From contig CM082577.2 in NCBI GenBank assembly GCA_040954595.2, forward strand, positions 19,194,303 to 19,258,302: DNA of 64,000 nt, in the 5' to 3' direction. The notes beneath the pieces are model-generated. The model saw only the letters and a program-made list of their open reading frames with translations, was not told the DNA's origin and made no database searches. Origin of the DNA: Balanoglossus misakiensis. Lineage: Eukaryota; Animalia; Hemichordata. How positions within the stretch are numbered: the first letter of the stretch is position 1; each line of letters begins with the position of its first letter. Shown here one piece after another: positions 61,026 to 64,000 of the stretch. The position numbers and the translations under genes were made by a program.

Positions 61026-61978
61026 GTGTGTCAGGCCACTTTAGATACCCACGCTGACGATACATCGCAAGGGCACGGGTTCTATATACACCCTAGGGAG
61101 GCTCGAACCGACGAACAGTACGGTCCGTCGGAGGAGTTGGTGGACGAACAGGAGTATGATTCCCTGAACTCGGACACCGACGGATCCACAGAAAACGAAA
61201 TCTCCAGCGGTGAAGACACCCAGCCCATAACCATTTGTCAGTTAGTGTCAGGGTCTATGTATAGTGTACCTATTTTAGTCGAAGGGATTAAAGTACAGGC
61301 AGTAGTAGACACAGCAGCAGAAGTCACCATCATTTCAGACCGCCTCTATAGCCGTCTTGGGAACCGCCCCCCAGTCCTCAAAACCACCATCATGCAAACT
61401 GCAGGGCGGGAAATGGAAATGAAAGCCCATAAAGTAGGTCCCTTGCGCCTGAAGTTGGGAAAGACCAAATTCACAGAGGACGTGTATGTAGCGCCGATAG
61501 GGGATGACATGTTGCTAGGGGCAGACTTTATGCGGTCGAGGAGAGTGATCCTAGATATGCGAAGAAATCAGTTGCGGTTTGGGGGTGAAGTTGTGCACAT
61601 GACCTATGGTCGGGAAGGGGTAAAAAAGAAAGTGGCAAAGGTCACGTTACCCAAACGGACTAGAGTTCCCCCAAATTCAGTAGTAAGGGTACGTTGTGGG
61701 ATGGATTGCCCTTTGTCCGAGTATATCATCGAGCCAGTGGGGAATTTACGGGTGATAGTGCCAAGGACAGTCAATAGTGGGGGACGGTTGCCCAAAGTAT
61801 GCTTAGTTAACCCATCCGATAGATCAGTCACCCTTAGCAAGGGAAAGCTGGTGGCAACAGCATCTGAAGTCGAGGTAGTGGGCCCCCCTGGGACAACGGA
61901 AGAAATCACTGTCCAGAAAGTTGAGGCCTCACTGGGGAAAAGGGAAACTGACAAGCCAGACGTGCCCAGCCATTTAGA
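61026..61978 (+). pseudogene. pol: Gypsy pol N-terminus: aspartic protease (interrupted at 61979)
   Basis: AVVDTAAEVTIIS ... MLLGADFM retropepsin motifs. Confidence 0.88.
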
Positions 61979-63822
61979 CAGTCAGATCGCACGGCATTCA
62001 TTAACATATGCAAATGAAGAAAGTACTTCAAACCATGTAGCCGTTAGAGTGGGCCCCGCTGACGGGTCGCGAAATAGGCCATTTTTTTACTCGATATTAT
62101 AGAGCTGTTTTCAGGCGATGTGGATTATTTTAAGACAAAACCGTGAATTCACTTGAAGGTAGGTATACTGGATTGTTACTGAATGATTTTTTGGCAACTT
62201 CTGTCGAGTAGTTTCTTTGTAATCACGAAATTTCTGACGACTGTGAAAAAACACATAGCGTTGACATCCTCTCGATTATTTTTAAGCTGACCGTTACACA
62301 TGGATTTTACCACGAAATTTCAAACTTTTATCAAAATATAGACATCAAACTCCCTCTCTTTGAGTTTTCATTCACTTCCAAGCTTTGATAGTGACGATAT
62401 GACCAGTTCAATTTTGTTTACCTTTCTTGTTTGCTTACCGCTCAACCTGTGAGCGCCATTTTGTTTACTTTTCAACCCGTGAGCGCCACTTCTTCTGCAA
62501 AATGGCGGGAGAAGACAGCATGCATGTGTACGTATATACGCTGGCGCAGGCTTGATCCTGGGTTTTACCAGCTGCGTAGTTTTCCCTCCTCTCTCGTGCG
62601 AAGAAATTTTGATTTCTGATATGTAATCCCGAGTTTTACTAAACCCTAACAATTATTTTATGAAGGTTTGCCCGTCAAGGAAACTCACTTTTTTTAATTT
62701 TATTGTTCTTTCAGATTGATGAAGACTGATTTTTGTGGTGGTGGTGGTGTTGCAGTTGACTGTTTTATTTTAGCTGTCTGAGTTGACAATTTATTCTGTA
62801 TTTTGTTGTATTTTTAACTCTTTATCCTGTATTTTGTAGTAGTATTTTGAACACTGTTTAATAAATAAATTACTATTATTATTATTTATCGACCCAATGC
62901 AATGATGACAAATCGCTCGCCTTCAGACACAAATGTTGTATTTATTGCATATATCATCGGCGAATAAAGGGAAGTGGTTTCGACGTTACACTTGGCATTT
63001 TCGAAAAGTCTACTTATATCCCACGATGCGGAGAAAAAAATATATACAAAATACGTCAGCTGAGCTCCTCACGTACGGTAAACCTGGCATTCTGTGCATG
63101 GGTAATCAAATATTTGTTTGTAGCCCAATGTAGGCGAACGGCGTGGAGCACCCGGTCGCGGCACTCGTGCGATTGATCGATGTTGTGTCGAAATCAGGCC
63201 AGTAATTAAGTTAAAACTTGGCTGATATGTTACCTTAGAGTGTTATACACTATCCAGTAACTTTTACTTGACAAGTGTCTTTTAGAAACTGTTTTCCCCA
63301 CGATAAACGTGTCGTTTCACGAGCAACGCAACACTTCCGTATTTACAAGCCTAACATGGAGAGGTCAACGTAGGGCCTATACTTCCGGGTCATATCGTCG
63401 AACTACATCGATTATTTTTAAGCTGACCGTTACACAAGCATTTCGAGTTAATTTCTTTTCACGGATGTTGGGACCGATATTAGACCTATCTGTCACGAAA
63501 ACTTGGTTAACTTCCGAGGTCGTCTTCAAATGATTTTTGGCACGTTTGTGGACGTCTCTTCCGAGGTCACCAACATACCACCGAAAACACGCTAAAAACT
63601 ACTACTATTACCGACAGATTCTCATAAAATTTACGTCTGCAGTGCAAAATAGGAATCACTTTCGAAATTTATCGAGCTAGCATGGTATTTTATTGTACCA
63701 CGGAGTGTAAAAATCAAGTTGAAAATCACCTTGAAAACTGGCCTATTGCCGTCTGTTTGAAAATTAACGGTCGCTGGCTTGACGAACTTTCATATGCAAA
63801 TGAGCACCGTGCGATCTGACTG
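61979..63822. mobile_element. Non-autonomous TIR element, Academ-like (1844 bp)
   Basis: TIR CAGTCAGATCGCACGG...CCGTGCGATCTGACTG; TAGA duplicated. Removal restores PSHL|EDLFQ. Superfamily tentative. Confidence 0.8.
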
Positions 63823-64000
63823 TAGAGGACCTGTTCCAAAAATCATGTACAAATCTGAGTCCGGGGGAGACAGACAAACTCAAAGAGCTGCTGAATGATT
63901 ACCAGGACGTGTTTGCAGCCAATGAATTTGATCTTGGGAACTTTACCGCCCTTAGCCACCGCATTGACACTGGGGACGCGAGACCTGTCAAACAAAAGAT
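63823..64000 (+). pseudogene. pol: Continuation of Gypsy pol (start of RT region), runs off the window
   Basis: EDLFQKSCTNLSPGETDKLKELLNDYQDVFAANEFDLGNFTALSHRIDTGDARPVKQK. Confidence 0.85.

Overview
Eukaryotic, most likely marine-invertebrate, repeat-rich DNA with no intact host gene. Positions 1-50140 are a head-to-tail tandem array (macrosatellite) of a ~2.85 kb composite unit. Each unit holds (i) a one-ended piggyBac: TTAA-CCCTTT left end plus a truncated transposase N-terminus, (ii) two CACTA/EnSpm-like right ends and a small palindrome, and (iii) on the minus strand, two spliceable exons and their intron from the nonsense-mediated decay (NMD) kinase SMG1, recognised by manual translation ([27 protein letters not shown]). 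All 16 SMG1 copies share the same stops and frameshift. Units vary by five inserted DNA-transposon families (Kolobok-like x2, piggyBac MITE, 9-bp-TSD MULE-like, hAT with a TTF zinc finger), three deletions, a 181-bp duplication, higher-order repeats (offsets 38060 and 8391) and an apparent gene-conversion tract. Positions 50141-64000 are a nested transposon pile. A decayed minus-strand Gypsy pol is split by two 5-bp-TSD hAT elements, one containing a Kolobok-like element. It abuts a plus-strand Gypsy with a tRNA-Ser-like PBS, an intact gag bearing an unusual N-terminal ComEA-like helix-hairpin-helix, a TTTAAAC/pseudoknot -1 frameshift signal, and a pol interrupted by an Academ-like element. 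Family names come from recalled motifs and TIR/TSD signatures; no database search was run.
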